From: a bacterium
GTDB lineage: Bacteria; UBA8248
Assembly (NCBI GenBank): GCA_965200245.1
Contig: CBDATS010000015.1
Location: 256,001-320,000 of the forward strand
Length of the DNA: 64,000 nucleotides
Direction: 5' to 3'
Each line of letters starts with the position of its first letter. Position 1 is the first letter of the stretch. This document shows, piece after piece, positions 1 through 10,531 of the stretch. A program made the position numbers and the translations under genes. The notes under the pieces are model-generated. The model made no database searches and was not told the DNA's origin. It saw nothing but the letters and a program-made list of their open reading frames with translations.

Positions 1-4
1 ACGG

Positions 5-967
5 TTGTATCAGCCCACAGGGTCGCAAGCCCGAAAGAGAACCATGAGCGCGCCGGATCGAAACATGCAGTCCAGTCAACCCGCGCCACCGAACCCGACC
101 GAAGCACCGGTAACACCCGTCGCGCCGACGATGAGAGGAAATTCTGCTTTACCGAGCCCAACTGAAAAAGCGGCGCCCGCTGGAGTAGCGAGGATGGAAC
201 AGTCCGTATCCTCGGCCCGGATTGAAAAGAAGCAGTTGGCCGCTTCCACGATGATGCAAGAGCCTGTCACTTCAGCCGGGACAATAATGAAACCAAAGCG
301 TGAAGCTGCTCCTGCACCGCGTGAAGTTGTTACGACACCACAAGCGAAAATAATCGAGAAAAAAGCCACCCCAAAGGAGGCTAACCCCGGAAAACAGCTT
401 GCCGGGAAAAAAAAGGAAAAGGTGGCGGAAAATGTCCAAAGCAGAGCAGGGGCTCGCAAACCACCTCAGGATTTTTTCTATAGTGTACAGGTGGCTTCCT
501 GCAGCACTAAGCGTTGCGCGGACTCATTTTTAAAGCGCTTGAAGGGCAAGGGATTTTCCGCGTTCAGAGTGGTCGGTTCCGGCCGTGTGAAAAAATCCGG
601 CGCTCGTATGACGGAAGTGCGCCTGGGAGCGTTTTCGAGTTTGGTTGAGGCACGGGCCTTGGCCAGTAGAGCGAAAAAGAAAAAGATCAGGGCCCGGGTG
701 TATCGCTCCGACAATCGTTGGAGGGTCGCGGCGGGAAGTTTCAGGAACCTGGAAGATGCCGCTCTTCTTTTGGATCACGTGGAGGATTCCGGTTTTCGCG
801 GCGAGCTTGCGTCTCGTCTCCAGCGTGGAAGTGGAGGGAATAGGCGGTTTTACAGGGTACGGACCGGGAAGTTCCAGAGCCTTCGTGAGGCATTGGCGTT
901 CAGGGAGAAAATACGACAAGGCGGATTTTCAGACGCCATCGTAGTTCGCCAAAGGTTGCGAAAATAG
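5..967 (+). CDS. SPOR-domain protein, probably truncated by the window edge
   Basis: Pro/Ala/Lys-rich linker followed by four SPOR-like half repeats ([29 protein letters not shown]). Confidence 0.8.
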   Translation: MYQPTGSQARKRTMSAPDRNMQSSQPAPPNPTEAPVTPVAPTMRGNSALPSPTEKAAPAGVARMEQSVSSARIEKKQLAASTMMQEPVTSAGTIMKPKREAAPAPREVVTTPQAKIIEKKATPKEANPGKQLAGKKKEKVAENVQSRAGARKPPQDFFYSVQVASCSTKRCADSFLKRLKGKGFSAFRVVGSGRVKKSGARMTEVRLGAFSSLVEARALASRAKKKKIRARVYRSDNRWRVAAGSFRNLEDAALLLDHVEDSGFRGELASRLQRGSGGNRRFYRVRTGKFQSLREALAFREKIRQGGFSDAIVVRQRLRK

Positions 968-977
968 GGAGTTCGAC

Positions 978-1364
978 ATGGCTCAGATACCCGACAAATT
1001 GTTCTTTAAGATTGGTGAAGTGGCGGAATTGACGGGTACGAAGCCCCATGTGTTGCGCTATTGGGAGAGTGAATTCCGGATGCTCCGGCCAGCGAAGGGC
1101 GATTCCGGCCAACGAGCATATCGTCGCAAAGACGTGGAACTCGTTATGTCGATTAGACAATTGTTGTATGAAGAGAACTTCACAATTGCCGGAGCCAAGA
1201 AACAGCTTCAAAAACAAAGAACAGCAAGGAAAAAACCTGAACAGTCCAAGCCGGAGGCAACTCCCTTGCTGCCGCTTGAAAGCTCGAGCGTTGACAAAGT
1301 CGATCTGATATGGGTTCGCAATGAACTCAGGGAAATACTCGGCATTCTCGATAAGGGATATTGA
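978..1364 (+). CDS. MerR-family HTH transcriptional regulator
   Basis: [15 protein letters not shown]...[11 protein letters not shown]...GQRAYRRKD motif; GGGAG RBS. Confidence 0.9.
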   Translation: MAQIPDKLFFKIGEVAELTGTKPHVLRYWESEFRMLRPAKGDSGQRAYRRKDVELVMSIRQLLYEENFTIAGAKKQLQKQRTARKKPEQSKPEATPLLPLESSSVDKVDLIWVRNELREILGILDKGY

Positions 1365-1415
1365 CTCTTTGCCTGTTTGAATTTGACTCTACATGTCCAT
1401 TTTTTCAGTAGCAGA

Positions 1416-1444
1416 TTGACTCCTTGGTTCGTTCCACTTATTGT
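1416..1444 (+). promoter_or_regulatory. Putative sigma70 promoter for the TPR gene
   Basis: TTGACT-N17-TATTGT. Confidence 0.4.
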
Positions 1445-1543
1445 GCGAACCGTTTTGGGCGGGCGACGAGAAAATGATTGATACGCTTTTGCAAAAGCCG
1501 TTAACGGCTGTAGTGATGTTTCAAATCAAGGGGTTATACCAAA

Positions 1544-2209
1544 GTGGCTAGGACTTTCAGAAAGGAAATACGGCAGCCTGATGCATTGCAAACCCACGGA
1601 AGAAAGGTGATTCTCTGGTTCGTCGAGAACCAGAAGGCTTTCTACATTGGGCTAGGCGCCGTTGTTCTGGTGGCGGGAATTTTTGTGGGTTACCTTATGT
1701 GGGATGAGCGGGCGAAACAAAAAGCATCTTTGGCCTATGGGATGGCCAAAATCGCCGCCCCAGGCGGCGAAGCGGCAGAAGCTGCATTTCAAAAGGTAGC
1801 CGATAATTATCCACGCTCGCGCCAGGGTCTTCTGGCGCGCCTGCAACTCGCTGCCTTGCTGCGCGAGAGAAAACAATACCAAGGCGCACGGGCGCAGTAT
1901 GAACTCGTGGCGAAGAGCAGTATTTCTTCTGAAACAGACAAGGAACTGTCCAAGCGAGGAATCGCTTCGATCCTGATGCTGGAAGGAGCCTGTGGGGAAG
2001 CTATCTCGACTTGGCAGTCGATCCTCGAGCAAGGGAGCCTTTTCACGTCTGAAGATCTGTACATATCCATCGCCGATTGCCAAGAGAAACTTGGCAGGGC
2101 GCTGGATGCAGAGAAAACCTATGAGGAACTAACCAAAAGACACCCTGAAAGCCCGTTTTTGACCCCTCAAATCCGTGCAAAATTAAGCAAAACAAAAGCC
2201 GCAAAATAG
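1544..2209 (+). CDS. Membrane-anchored TPR protein (YfgM-like)
   Basis: Single N-terminal TM helix followed by helical TPR-like repeats ending HPESPF. Confidence 0.75.
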   Translation: MARTFRKEIRQPDALQTHGRKVILWFVENQKAFYIGLGAVVLVAGIFVGYLMWDERAKQKASLAYGMAKIAAPGGEAAEAAFQKVADNYPRSRQGLLARLQLAALLRERKQYQGARAQYELVAKSSISSETDKELSKRGIASILMLEGACGEAISTWQSILEQGSLFTSEDLYISIADCQEKLGRALDAEKTYEELTKRHPESPFLTPQIRAKLSKTKAAK

Positions 2210-2330
2210 AAACAGCCTCGGAAATTTTTCCACACAAAAAAGATTGATAATATATGTTATGTAAAATAATATCCCTGAGGTTTTCTGTCCCAATCCGCGT
2301 GTTCTGCCCTGCGTTCGAGGTTCAGTGATC

Positions 2331-3551
2331 ATGACTTCCCTCAAGCGAAAACCCCTCACCGTTCGTGGGCATCCAGTGGACGAAGGTGCTCTTCAACAGA
2401 TTGAGTGTTGCCTCGAAGATGAGGAAGCGAGTGCTGGCGCACTGTGCGCCGATCATCATTTAGGTTATTCCATGCCCATAGGCGGTATCATCGCCTACAG
2501 GAATGCCGTATCACCGAGTGGCGTAGGCTATGACATCGCTTGTGGAAACAAGGCCATCAGGACGAATCTGAAGGCCTCGGATGTCTGCCCCGAAATTACC
2601 GCCATCATGAACCAGATATTTCAAAGCCTAGAATTTGGCATGGGCCGGAAAAATCCCGAACCCATTGATGATGCGCTATTTGATGACCCGACTTGGAAGA
2701 TTCTCCCTGAACTCGAGGATTTGAAGTCGGTGGCGCGATCTCAATTGGGTACCATCGGCGCAGGCAATCACTATGTTGATTTATTCGCCGACGAGTCTGA
2801 CGATGCGCTGTGGATCGGAATTCATTTCGGCTCCAGGGGGTTTGGCCATAAAACGTGTACGGGGTTTTTGAATCTGGCGAAAAACCGGAAGTTTGACGGA
2901 TCTCCGGTCCGCGAGGATATGCACGCCCGGGCTACTGTTCTTTCACTCACCTCCTCCCTGGGAGGAGACTATTTCGCCGCAATGAAGCTAGCTGGACGTT
3001 ATGCCTACGCTGGAAGGGATTACGTGGGGGGCCGAGTGCTCGAAATCTTGGGGGCCACTTCTGAATGGGAGGTGCATAACCACCATAATTTCGCATGGGA
3101 AGAGGAGCACAACGGCGATCTTTATATCGTGGTACGCAAGGGCGCCACACCTGCCTGGCCGGGACAGAAATGCTTTATCGGCGGGAGTATGGGTGATATA
3201 TCCGTTATCGCCGAAGGTGTGGATACGCCGGGTTCGAAATCGCTTCTCTACTCCACTGTTCATGGAGCGGGCCGGGTGATGAGCAGAACCAAGGCTGCAG
3301 GTAAGAAAAGATGGCGCAAGGGCCGGATGATTCGCAAAGGCGGCGCGATTACGCGCAATCAAATGAATGAGTGGCTTTCGGACATGAACGTCGTACTTCG
3401 GGGGGGAGCTGTAGACGAGGCGCCGCAGGTCTATAAACGGCTTACAGACGTTCTGGGATTACACGAGGATGCGCTTCGCGTTTTGCATGTGCTCAAACCC
3501 ATCGGGGTTGCGATGGCGGGATCGAATGTACGGGATGATTTCAGGGATTAG
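2331..3551 (+). CDS. rtcB: RtcB-family RNA ligase
   Basis: DHHLGYSMPIGG, GYDIACGN, GAGNHY, HFGSRG, HNHHN, RKGAT, HGAGR and DEAPQVYK motifs all present. Confidence 0.93.
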   Translation: MTSLKRKPLTVRGHPVDEGALQQIECCLEDEEASAGALCADHHLGYSMPIGGIIAYRNAVSPSGVGYDIACGNKAIRTNLKASDVCPEITAIMNQIFQSLEFGMGRKNPEPIDDALFDDPTWKILPELEDLKSVARSQLGTIGAGNHYVDLFADESDDALWIGIHFGSRGFGHKTCTGFLNLAKNRKFDGSPVREDMHARATVLSLTSSLGGDYFAAMKLAGRYAYAGRDYVGGRVLEILGATSEWEVHNHHNFAWEEEHNGDLYIVVRKGATPAWPGQKCFIGGSMGDISVIAEGVDTPGSKSLLYSTVHGAGRVMSRTKAAGKKRWRKGRMIRKGGAITRNQMNEWLSDMNVVLRGGAVDEAPQVYKRLTDVLGLHEDALRVLHVLKPIGVAMAGSNVRDDFRD

Positions 3552-3811
3552 CGTGCGGCTTTCACGCCTATTCAATCAGTGATGTCGATTCAAGCGGCGA
3601 TCTGTTTACAGGTTCCCACAGATAATATCTATATATATGGTCAGTCTTAATTGCAAGGCATCAATTCTCTGCGATCCGTCAATATCTGGGTAACAAGGTC
3701 CGCACCGTCATCCATCGTGATGTGAGGCTTGCTGTCCAAGACGGAAGCCATATGTCTATAGTAGGTGTCTCTGTCTTCTCCCTTGATGGCGTAGACTCGA
3801 TTCCGGCTTGA

Positions 3812-4837
3812 TTATCGCTCGAATAAAAGCGGGTCGGCATGACCTTCGATGTCGAGTTCGAATCCTGCATCTCGAATCATTCGGTGCGCAGCTGTCGACT
3901 CCTGGCCGGGTGTTGTAAGGTAGCCATCCACAAACATCGAATTGGCCGGGTAGAGAGCCAAGGGCTGAAGTTCTCTCAACTGGACTTCCCTTCCCCCGGC
4001 GACACGAATTTCAGAGCGGGGATTGTAGAAACGCATCAGGCAGAGCAGCTTGAGGCAGGAAAGCGGTCCGAGGAGTGGCCTTCCTTCTAGCGGAGTGCCG
4101 CCAATTGGATTCAAAAAATTTACCGGTATGGATTCGGGAGCAAGTGCGCTCAGCGCCTCACAAACAGAGACGATGTCCTCTGCATTCTCTCCTTGCCCGA
4201 AAATAACGCCAGAGCACAACTCGAGACCGACTCCGCGTGCAGCATTCAGGGTGTCCACGCGGTCGTCATAGGTGTGTGTGGAACAAATTTGTGGGTAGTA
4301 TCGCTCGCTCGTGTTCAGATTGTGATTGAAGCGGTCCACTCCGGCTTCATTAAGCCTGGCGGCTTGGGAAGTTTCCAGCAAACCTAGAGAGCAGCAAACG
4401 GAGATCCTGTAGCGTGACTTGATAGTAGAGACGGCCCGGCAGAGTCTATCGATTTCTGTGTCTGACGGCCCCCGAGCGCTGATGACGATGCAGTAGCGCC
4501 TCGCACCGGCTTCTTTGGCTCTCAAGGCTCCTTCTAACAGTTGTTCTTCATCCACTAGTTCGTATCTATCGATTTGGGTGCTTGAGACGGCAGATTGCGA
4601 GCAATATCCACAATCTTCCGGGCAGATGCCACTTTTGGCGTTGATGAGGTAATGGATCTGTACCTTTTTGCCGAAATAGACGCGCCGCACGGAGAAGGCA
4701 GCATCCAGAAGCTTGAGAATCTCGTCGGCGGGCGCACTGATAATGGCCAGAGCCTCGTCTGGCCTAGGTCTTTCATCTTCGAGGGCGCGACGTGCCAGTT
4801 CATAGTAGTTCAAGTTAACTATCCTTCTAACGGGCAT
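3812..4837 (-). CDS. bioB: Biotin synthase (radical SAM)
   Basis: AKSGICPEDCGYCSQS, FNHNLNTS, CSGVIFG, SIPVNFL, IRVAGGRE, YLTTPG. Confidence 0.95.
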   Translation of the reverse strand: MPVRRIVNLNYYELARRALEDERPRPDEALAIISAPADEILKLLDAAFSVRRVYFGKKVQIHYLINAKSGICPEDCGYCSQSAVSSTQIDRYELVDEEQLLEGALRAKEAGARRYCIVISARGPSDTEIDRLCRAVSTIKSRYRISVCCSLGLLETSQAARLNEAGVDRFNHNLNTSERYYPQICSTHTYDDRVDTLNAARGVGLELCSGVIFGQGENAEDIVSVCEALSALAPESIPVNFLNPIGGTPLEGRPLLGPLSCLKLLCLMRFYNPRSEIRVAGGREVQLRELQPLALYPANSMFVDGYLTTPGQESTAAHRMIRDAGFELDIEGHADPLLFER

Positions 4838-4976
4838 CCAGCCAAAACTTTACGCGCCGCCCTGCACTTTGGCAAATGCGTGGAGAAAAGACGCTGGAAA
4901 GGAACCAGTTTCTCTTGTCTCCCTTGCAGGTCTGGCCTATGATGAATTCAGGTTTTCAACATAAATTGATATTAAA

Positions 4977-4988
4977 TAATTCGAATTA
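4977..4988. promoter_or_regulatory. Perfect 12-bp palindrome in the AT-rich divergent promoter region
   Basis: TAATTCGAATTA, flanked by ATTGAT...ATCAAT, between bioB and the FAD/Fe-S oxidoreductase. Confidence 0.35.
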
Positions 4989-5014
4989 ATATATTAAAAT
5001 CAATGGAGTAACTA

Positions 5015-7903
5015 ATGGAAGTTACTGTAACGCTTCAAGAGGAATTGTGTTCCGCCATAGAGGGCGAAGTGCGCTTCGATGTTTTTACGCGAAAAATATA
5101 CAGCACCGATGCGAGCATGTATGAGATAGAACCCGTGGGCGTCGTATTGCCGAAAACGAACGAAGACGTGCGAAAAACGCTTCAGATCGCCAAACGATAC
5201 AAGCTTGCCATTCTGCCCCGGGGTGGTGGTACAAGTCTCGCCGGCCAGACCGTAGGCGATGCCTTGGTACTCGATTTTTCGAAATACATGAACCATTTTC
5301 TCGAATTGAACGAAGATGAGGAATGGGCGCGAGTCCAGCCGGGGTTGGTGCAGGATCACTTCAACGATTTCCTGAGCCCCCACGGCTTCGTCTTCGGCCC
5401 CAACACCTCTACAAGCAGTCGTGCCACTATCGGCGGCATGCTGGGTAATAACTCTTCGGGATCGCGCTCCATTGTCTACGGGAAGACGGTGGATCACGTC
5501 ATCGAAGTTTCCGGCTATTTCGCAGATGGAGAACCTTTCTCCTTCGGGCCTCAAGATACAGTGCCCCTGCAAAACCTCATGCGAGAGAATTCCCGAACAG
5601 GCAGGCTTCACAAGGCGATCAAGGATATCGTGGACGATCAGCGTGTGGAGATCGAGGACCGCTATCCCAAGATCATGCGCCGTGTGAGCGGGTATAACCT
5701 CGATGAACTTGCCCGTGAGACGGAGCCCTTCAACCTCGCTAAACTTATTGTGGGTGCTGAGGGTACGCTGGCAGTGATCACCGAAGCAAAGGTGCGCGTG
5801 TGTCCCAAGCCAAAAGCACTCGGCGTCCTGGTGGTGCATTTCCATAGCATTGAGGAGGCCCTCGCGGCGAGCACGACGATTCTAGCACACGACGTGGCGG
5901 CGATAGAGATTATCGATAGGGTGATTATCGAACTCGCGAAGCAAAACCTCGAAGCCCAGCGCCTGATGGACAGCTTTGTGGTAGGCGAGCCGGATTCGTT
6001 TCTTACGATTGAATTTTTTGCCGAAAACGACGATGAGGCCAAGGAGAAAGTTCTTCGCCTGCAGGATGAACTCGAATCGAAGAACATCGGCTACGCACGT
6101 GTTCCACTGGATGCTCCGGCTCACAAACAGGATTGCCTGAACATGCGCAAGGCGGGCCTGGGCTTTCTGCTCGGACGACGGGGCGACTGGAAGCCCTGTG
6201 CATTCGTAGAGGACTGTGCAGTGCCCCCCGAGCACCTCCTCGATTACTACAGGCATTTCGAAGCCATCATGAAGAAATACGGCACTTCCACTTCCTACTA
6301 CGGCCACACGAGTGTGGGTTTGTTGCATCTACGCCCGCTCATCAACCTCAAGGATAATGAGGAAATCGAAAAAATGGCCGCTATCGCCGAAGAGGTCTCA
6401 GACCTCGTTATCGAGTACGGCGGAGCGATGAGTGGAGAGCACGGCGATGGCTTGGCGAGAAGCCAGTGGGTACCGAAGTTCTTCGGAGAGAAACTTCACA
6501 GGGCGTTCGTGGAAGTCAAGTGCCTCTTCGACCCGGAGAACCGAATGAACCCGGGAAAAATCGTGAACGCCCTCCCCTTCACCCAAAACCTGCGTTTTGA
6601 CGGCGCCTATAAGACTCCCGAGATACCGACTGTCATGAATTTCTCAAGTGATGGTGGCTTCGCGCGCGCGATCGAGCTTTGCAACGGTGTAGGCGCATGC
6701 CGCAAGCGGGATGGCACAATGTGCCCTTCCTACCAGGCAACGATGGAAGAAGAGCATTCCACGCGCGGACGAGCGAACGCGCTGAGAGAGGTCATCACGA
6801 ACGGAATCCCCGGAGAAGACCTGGGCAGCAAGCGTCTCTATGAAGTATTGGACCTTTGCATTTCTTGCAAGGGCTGCAAGGCGGAGTGTCCATCAAGTGT
6901 GGACATGGCAAAGATAAAAGCCGAAGTGCTGCAGGCCTACTACGACAAGAATAGTGTTCCGTTTCGTGTGAAGATGATGGGCCGCATTGCGCAGATCAAC
7001 CGTCTGAGCATGCCGTTTGCGCCCATCGTGAACTGGACGCTCGGGAACAGCCTCGTACGATCGCTTCTGGACAGATTATTGGGTATTGACAAGCGAAGAA
7101 GGCTTCCCTCCCTCGTGACACCCACCTTCGAGGAATGGTTCAAGGGCCGCCCGGTATCGCGAAATGACTCTCCTGTGCGAGGAAAGGTCCTGTTCCTGAA
7201 CGATACGTTCACGAACTTCCACTACCCGGAAATCGGCAAGGCCGCTGTCAAGGTGCTGGAAGCGGCAGGCTTCGAGGTCGAGTTGGCAGGGACCGGTTGC
7301 TGCGGACGACCCATGATTTCACACGGCCTTTTGCGAGAGGGTCAGAAACTGGCGGAGGAGAATATAGCGCGTCTGGCCCCCGCTATCACGGCCGGTTTGC
7401 CGATCATCGGTGTAGAGCCGAGTTGTCTTCTCACGTTTCGAGATGAATATCCGGACCTCGTGGCGGGTGATGCACCCAAGCGTCTGGCCGAGAATTCCTA
7501 CATGTTGGAAGAATTTCTTCAGAGTTTGCGTGACAGGGCCGAACTGGAACTCAATTTCAAATCCTTGAAACCGAGAAAAGCCCTGTTCCACGGACATTGC
7601 CACCAGAAGGCGCTGGTTGGCACGGGCCCTTCACTGAATAGCCTAGACATGATTCCCGGCCTGGAGGTGGCCCAGATTCCTTCGGGTTGCTGCGGAATGG
7701 CCGGTTCGTTCGGCTACGAGAAAGAACACTTTGACATCTCGCTTGCCATCGGCGAGACGAAACTCTTCCCTGCAATTCGAGCCAGTGATGAAGATGCGAC
7801 TATCATAGCCAACGGCGTCTCCTGCCGGCAGCAAATCTCATCCGGCGTCGGCAAGAAGGCACTCCACATTGCCGAGGTACTCGCCGACGCGTTAGACGTA
7901 TAG
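5015..7903 (+). CDS. FAD-binding and Fe-S-binding oxidoreductase (YdiJ-like, 2-hydroxyacid dehydrogenase type)
   Basis: PRGGGTSLAGQ FAD motif, SGEHGDG, CNGVGAC/MCPSY, CISCKGCKAECP, two CCG domains. Confidence 0.9.
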   Translation: MEVTVTLQEELCSAIEGEVRFDVFTRKIYSTDASMYEIEPVGVVLPKTNEDVRKTLQIAKRYKLAILPRGGGTSLAGQTVGDALVLDFSKYMNHFLELNEDEEWARVQPGLVQDHFNDFLSPHGFVFGPNTSTSSRATIGGMLGNNSSGSRSIVYGKTVDHVIEVSGYFADGEPFSFGPQDTVPLQNLMRENSRTGRLHKAIKDIVDDQRVEIEDRYPKIMRRVSGYNLDELARETEPFNLAKLIVGAEGTLAVITEAKVRVCPKPKALGVLVVHFHSIEEALAASTTILAHDVAAIEIIDRVIIELAKQNLEAQRLMDSFVVGEPDSFLTIEFFAENDDEAKEKVLRLQDELESKNIGYARVPLDAPAHKQDCLNMRKAGLGFLLGRRGDWKPCAFVEDCAVPPEHLLDYYRHFEAIMKKYGTSTSYYGHTSVGLLHLRPLINLKDNEEIEKMAAIAEEVSDLVIEYGGAMSGEHGDGLARSQWVPKFFGEKLHRAFVEVKCLFDPENRMNPGKIVNALPFTQNLRFDGAYKTPEIPTVMNFSSDGGFARAIELCNGVGACRKRDGTMCPSYQATMEEEHSTRGRANALREVITNGIPGEDLGSKRLYEVLDLCISCKGCKAECPSSVDMAKIKAEVLQAYYDKNSVPFRVKMMGRIAQINRLSMPFAPIVNWTLGNSLVRSLLDRLLGIDKRRRLPSLVTPTFEEWFKGRPVSRNDSPVRGKVLFLNDTFTNFHYPEIGKAAVKVLEAAGFEVELAGTGCCGRPMISHGLLREGQKLAEENIARLAPAITAGLPIIGVEPSCLLTFRDEYPDLVAGDAPKRLAENSYMLEEFLQSLRDRAELELNFKSLKPRKALFHGHCHQKALVGTGPSLNSLDMIPGLEVAQIPSGCCGMAGSFGYEKEHFDISLAIGETKLFPAIRASDEDATIIANGVSCRQQISSGVGKKALHIAEVLADALDV

Positions 7904-7970
7904 ATACTGATTTTTAAATTGTTAATAAACAATAACATGTGTATATTTTTACGTTATTTGTTTAAGTTTC

Positions 7971-9065
7971 TCAATCTGGATTTCGGATGACGGAACGTAG
8001 TGTTTCGCCACGTTCCATGGCCTCGAATGCGGGTTCCACATCTTCCAAACCGATGACTTTCGTGACCATGCGGTCGAGGTCAAGTTCTCCCTGTTCATAC
8101 CAGTCAGCGAGCAGCGGAAAATCCCTCGAAGGCAGACAGTCTCCGTACCAGGACACACGCAGCGCGCCACCGAGGCCGAAAAATTGAAGCATGGGTAATT
8201 CCATCATCATGTCGGGCGCTGGCACGCCGATGAGCGTGCAGGTTCCTGCCAGATCACGCGACCACATCGCTTGCAGGAGCGTCGACGGCGTTCCCACGGC
8301 TTCAAAGGAATAGTTGACGCCGTTCCCTCCGGTCAGGTCCTTGATGGCCTCCACCGGGTCTGTCTCCGAGGCGTTGACGACGTCGGTAGCGCCGAACTCC
8401 TTGGCCCAAGCGAGTTTGTTATCGGCTATGTCGACTCCGATGATCTTCGATGCGCGCGACATTTTCGCGCCCATTATGACGCTGCAGCCCACACCGCCGC
8501 ATCCATATACCGCCACGCTACTTCCGCGACGAACCTGCGCCGTATAGAGCGAAGCGCCTACACCCGTCATGACGCCACAGCCGATGAGGCAGGCCTGCTC
8601 CGGCGTGCAGGCGGTGGGTACTTTCACCGCCTGTTTCGCGGCGACGACGGTATGCGTACAGAACGTGCCGATACCGATGGAGGGACTTAAAATTTGACCA
8701 TCACTTTTTGCCCGTATCCTGGAGGCCGCGTTCAGGCTGGCGGCGCAAAGATTCGGCTGGCCGATCGCGCAGAATCGGCAAAGGCCGCAGGGGGCGCGCC
8801 AGGCAAGAACGACGTAGTCGCCGACAGCGAGATCGGACACTCCCTCCCCCACTTCCTGAACGATACCGGAACCTTCATGACCGAGGAGGTAGGGAAATTC
8901 ATCTCCTATTTTTCCGAGTTTGTAATGCAAATCCGTGTGGCAGACACCGCTGGCCAGAATTTTCACCAGAACTTCACCCGGGCCCGGGGAGTCGAGTTCG
9001 ATTTCCTCCACTTCCGTTCGTTCATTCGCTTTTCTTGATATCACGCCATGGCCGATGATGCTCAT
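7971..9065 (-). CDS. Zn-dependent alcohol dehydrogenase, S-(hydroxymethyl)mycothiol dehydrogenase-like
   Basis: GVCHTD, GHEG, WRAPCGLCRFC..NLC, GCGGVG, SWYGDCLPSRDFP. Confidence 0.85.
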   Translation of the reverse strand: MSIIGHGVISRKANERTEVEEIELDSPGPGEVLVKILASGVCHTDLHYKLGKIGDEFPYLLGHEGSGIVQEVGEGVSDLAVGDYVVLAWRAPCGLCRFCAIGQPNLCAASLNAASRIRAKSDGQILSPSIGIGTFCTHTVVAAKQAVKVPTACTPEQACLIGCGVMTGVGASLYTAQVRRGSSVAVYGCGGVGCSVIMGAKMSRASKIIGVDIADNKLAWAKEFGATDVVNASETDPVEAIKDLTGGNGVNYSFEAVGTPSTLLQAMWSRDLAGTCTLIGVPAPDMMMELPMLQFFGLGGALRVSWYGDCLPSRDFPLLADWYEQGELDLDRMVTKVIGLEDVEPAFEAMERGETLRSVIRNPD

Positions 9066-9183
9066 ACACTTCCTCCCCGGTCGTATATTGTGGGTACGTC
9101 CGCTATAATATGCCGCACAAACTGAAAATATTCATTGACGATTTTATTCTCTACCACGAAGAGTCATCGTGCAAGGAGGCGAT

Positions 9184-10374
9184 ATGTCGGAAGAATGGTA
9201 TCCACATTTCTCGGAAGCGGAAATGAACAGGCGCCATGCGGCAGCAAAAAGCCTGATGCAAGAAGTGGGGATCGATACTCTTTTGTTCTTTGGCATGGGC
9301 GGCACGAACCGCAACGCCCAGGCAAACATCTACTGGCTTTCATGCTATAGGGATTTCAACCACTGTTATCTGATTTTTCCCAAAGATGGCCCCCCTTCCC
9401 TGTTCACGGGTCTGTATAACCATCTGCACAATGCGCAGATGCAGTGCATCTTCGAGGACGTGCGCCACGGAGCATATGGGAACCCCGAACGGATGGCGGA
9501 CCAACTCGACGCCCTTGGACTAGGCAATGCACGAATCGGTCTGGTAGGTGTCAACCCCCGTTTCAAGATTCTGCTGCCCTTCGAGCACATGGACTATCTG
9601 ACGGAGCGCTTTCCCGAAGCGCAATGGGTAGACGTGAGTGCTAGATTCAGGGATTTGAGGTTGGTCAAGAGCGAAGAGGAAATCGAATGGCTGATCGAGG
9701 CGGCGCGTCTCACGGACCTCGCCATGGAAGCGGCCATCATCCACGCAAAACCGGGTATCCCCGAGATCGAGCTATCGGGCCGGATGGCCGCCGCTTTCAG
9801 AGAGCAAGGCGGTGAGCAGATGGTACAGTTCGTGACAGCCACGCCGATGGCGAATCCCCGCACGCCCGTCCCCTGGCAGAACCCGACGAGGAGAAAACTT
9901 GAAGCGGGCGACGTACTTATCATAGAGATCAGTGCTGCGTATTATGGATATGCGGGCCAAAGCCTTCGCACCTTCACTATCGGAGCAGACCCCACGCCAC
10001 CGTACCAAGGGTTGCTCGACGCCGCCATCGAAGTGTATGAGGGTGTCGGCAAAACGATGAAGGCGGGCAACTCCGCCCAAGCCGTCTTCGCTGCCACGGA
10101 CCCTTTGCCAGAGAAAGGCTTTCAAATATACGATTCGCTCGCACACGGCTTCGGCACAGACTTGCTACAGCCTTCAATCGGAATCAGGGGTTCGAACTAT
10201 CTCGCTCCTCCTGCCGAGTTCAAATACCGCGAGAACATGGTGATGGTGATTCAGCCAAACCCGATGGACTCAGAAGGGCGCGGTGTGCAGATGGGCGATA
10301 TGGGGGTGGTCACTAAAGACGGGTTCCGATCTCTTCACACTTTCCCGATGAAAACTTTTCGCTGTGATGGGTAA
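9184..10374 (+). CDS. M24 (pita-bread fold) / creatinase-like protein
   Basis: Creatinase_N-like N-terminus, LVKSEEEIE, RKLEAGD, AHGFG; most metal ligands substituted. Confidence 0.8.
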   Translation: MSEEWYPHFSEAEMNRRHAAAKSLMQEVGIDTLLFFGMGGTNRNAQANIYWLSCYRDFNHCYLIFPKDGPPSLFTGLYNHLHNAQMQCIFEDVRHGAYGNPERMADQLDALGLGNARIGLVGVNPRFKILLPFEHMDYLTERFPEAQWVDVSARFRDLRLVKSEEEIEWLIEAARLTDLAMEAAIIHAKPGIPEIELSGRMAAAFREQGGEQMVQFVTATPMANPRTPVPWQNPTRRKLEAGDVLIIEISAAYYGYAGQSLRTFTIGADPTPPYQGLLDAAIEVYEGVGKTMKAGNSAQAVFAATDPLPEKGFQIYDSLAHGFGTDLLQPSIGIRGSNYLAPPAEFKYRENMVMVIQPNPMDSEGRGVQMGDMGVVTKDGFRSLHTFPMKTFRCDG

Positions 10375-10531
10375 AGACGATACACCAGTCTGGGTGAGCG
10401 GGTTTTCCTTGCGATGCGTCCAGCTGATTCCATTGTGCCCCTGCGCATTCGTGCATAGAATTCGTGTATCTGAACCGCTGACAGATAGCTGACCAGAGAA
10501 TCATCTTATTTCTCACAAAAAGGAAATTACC

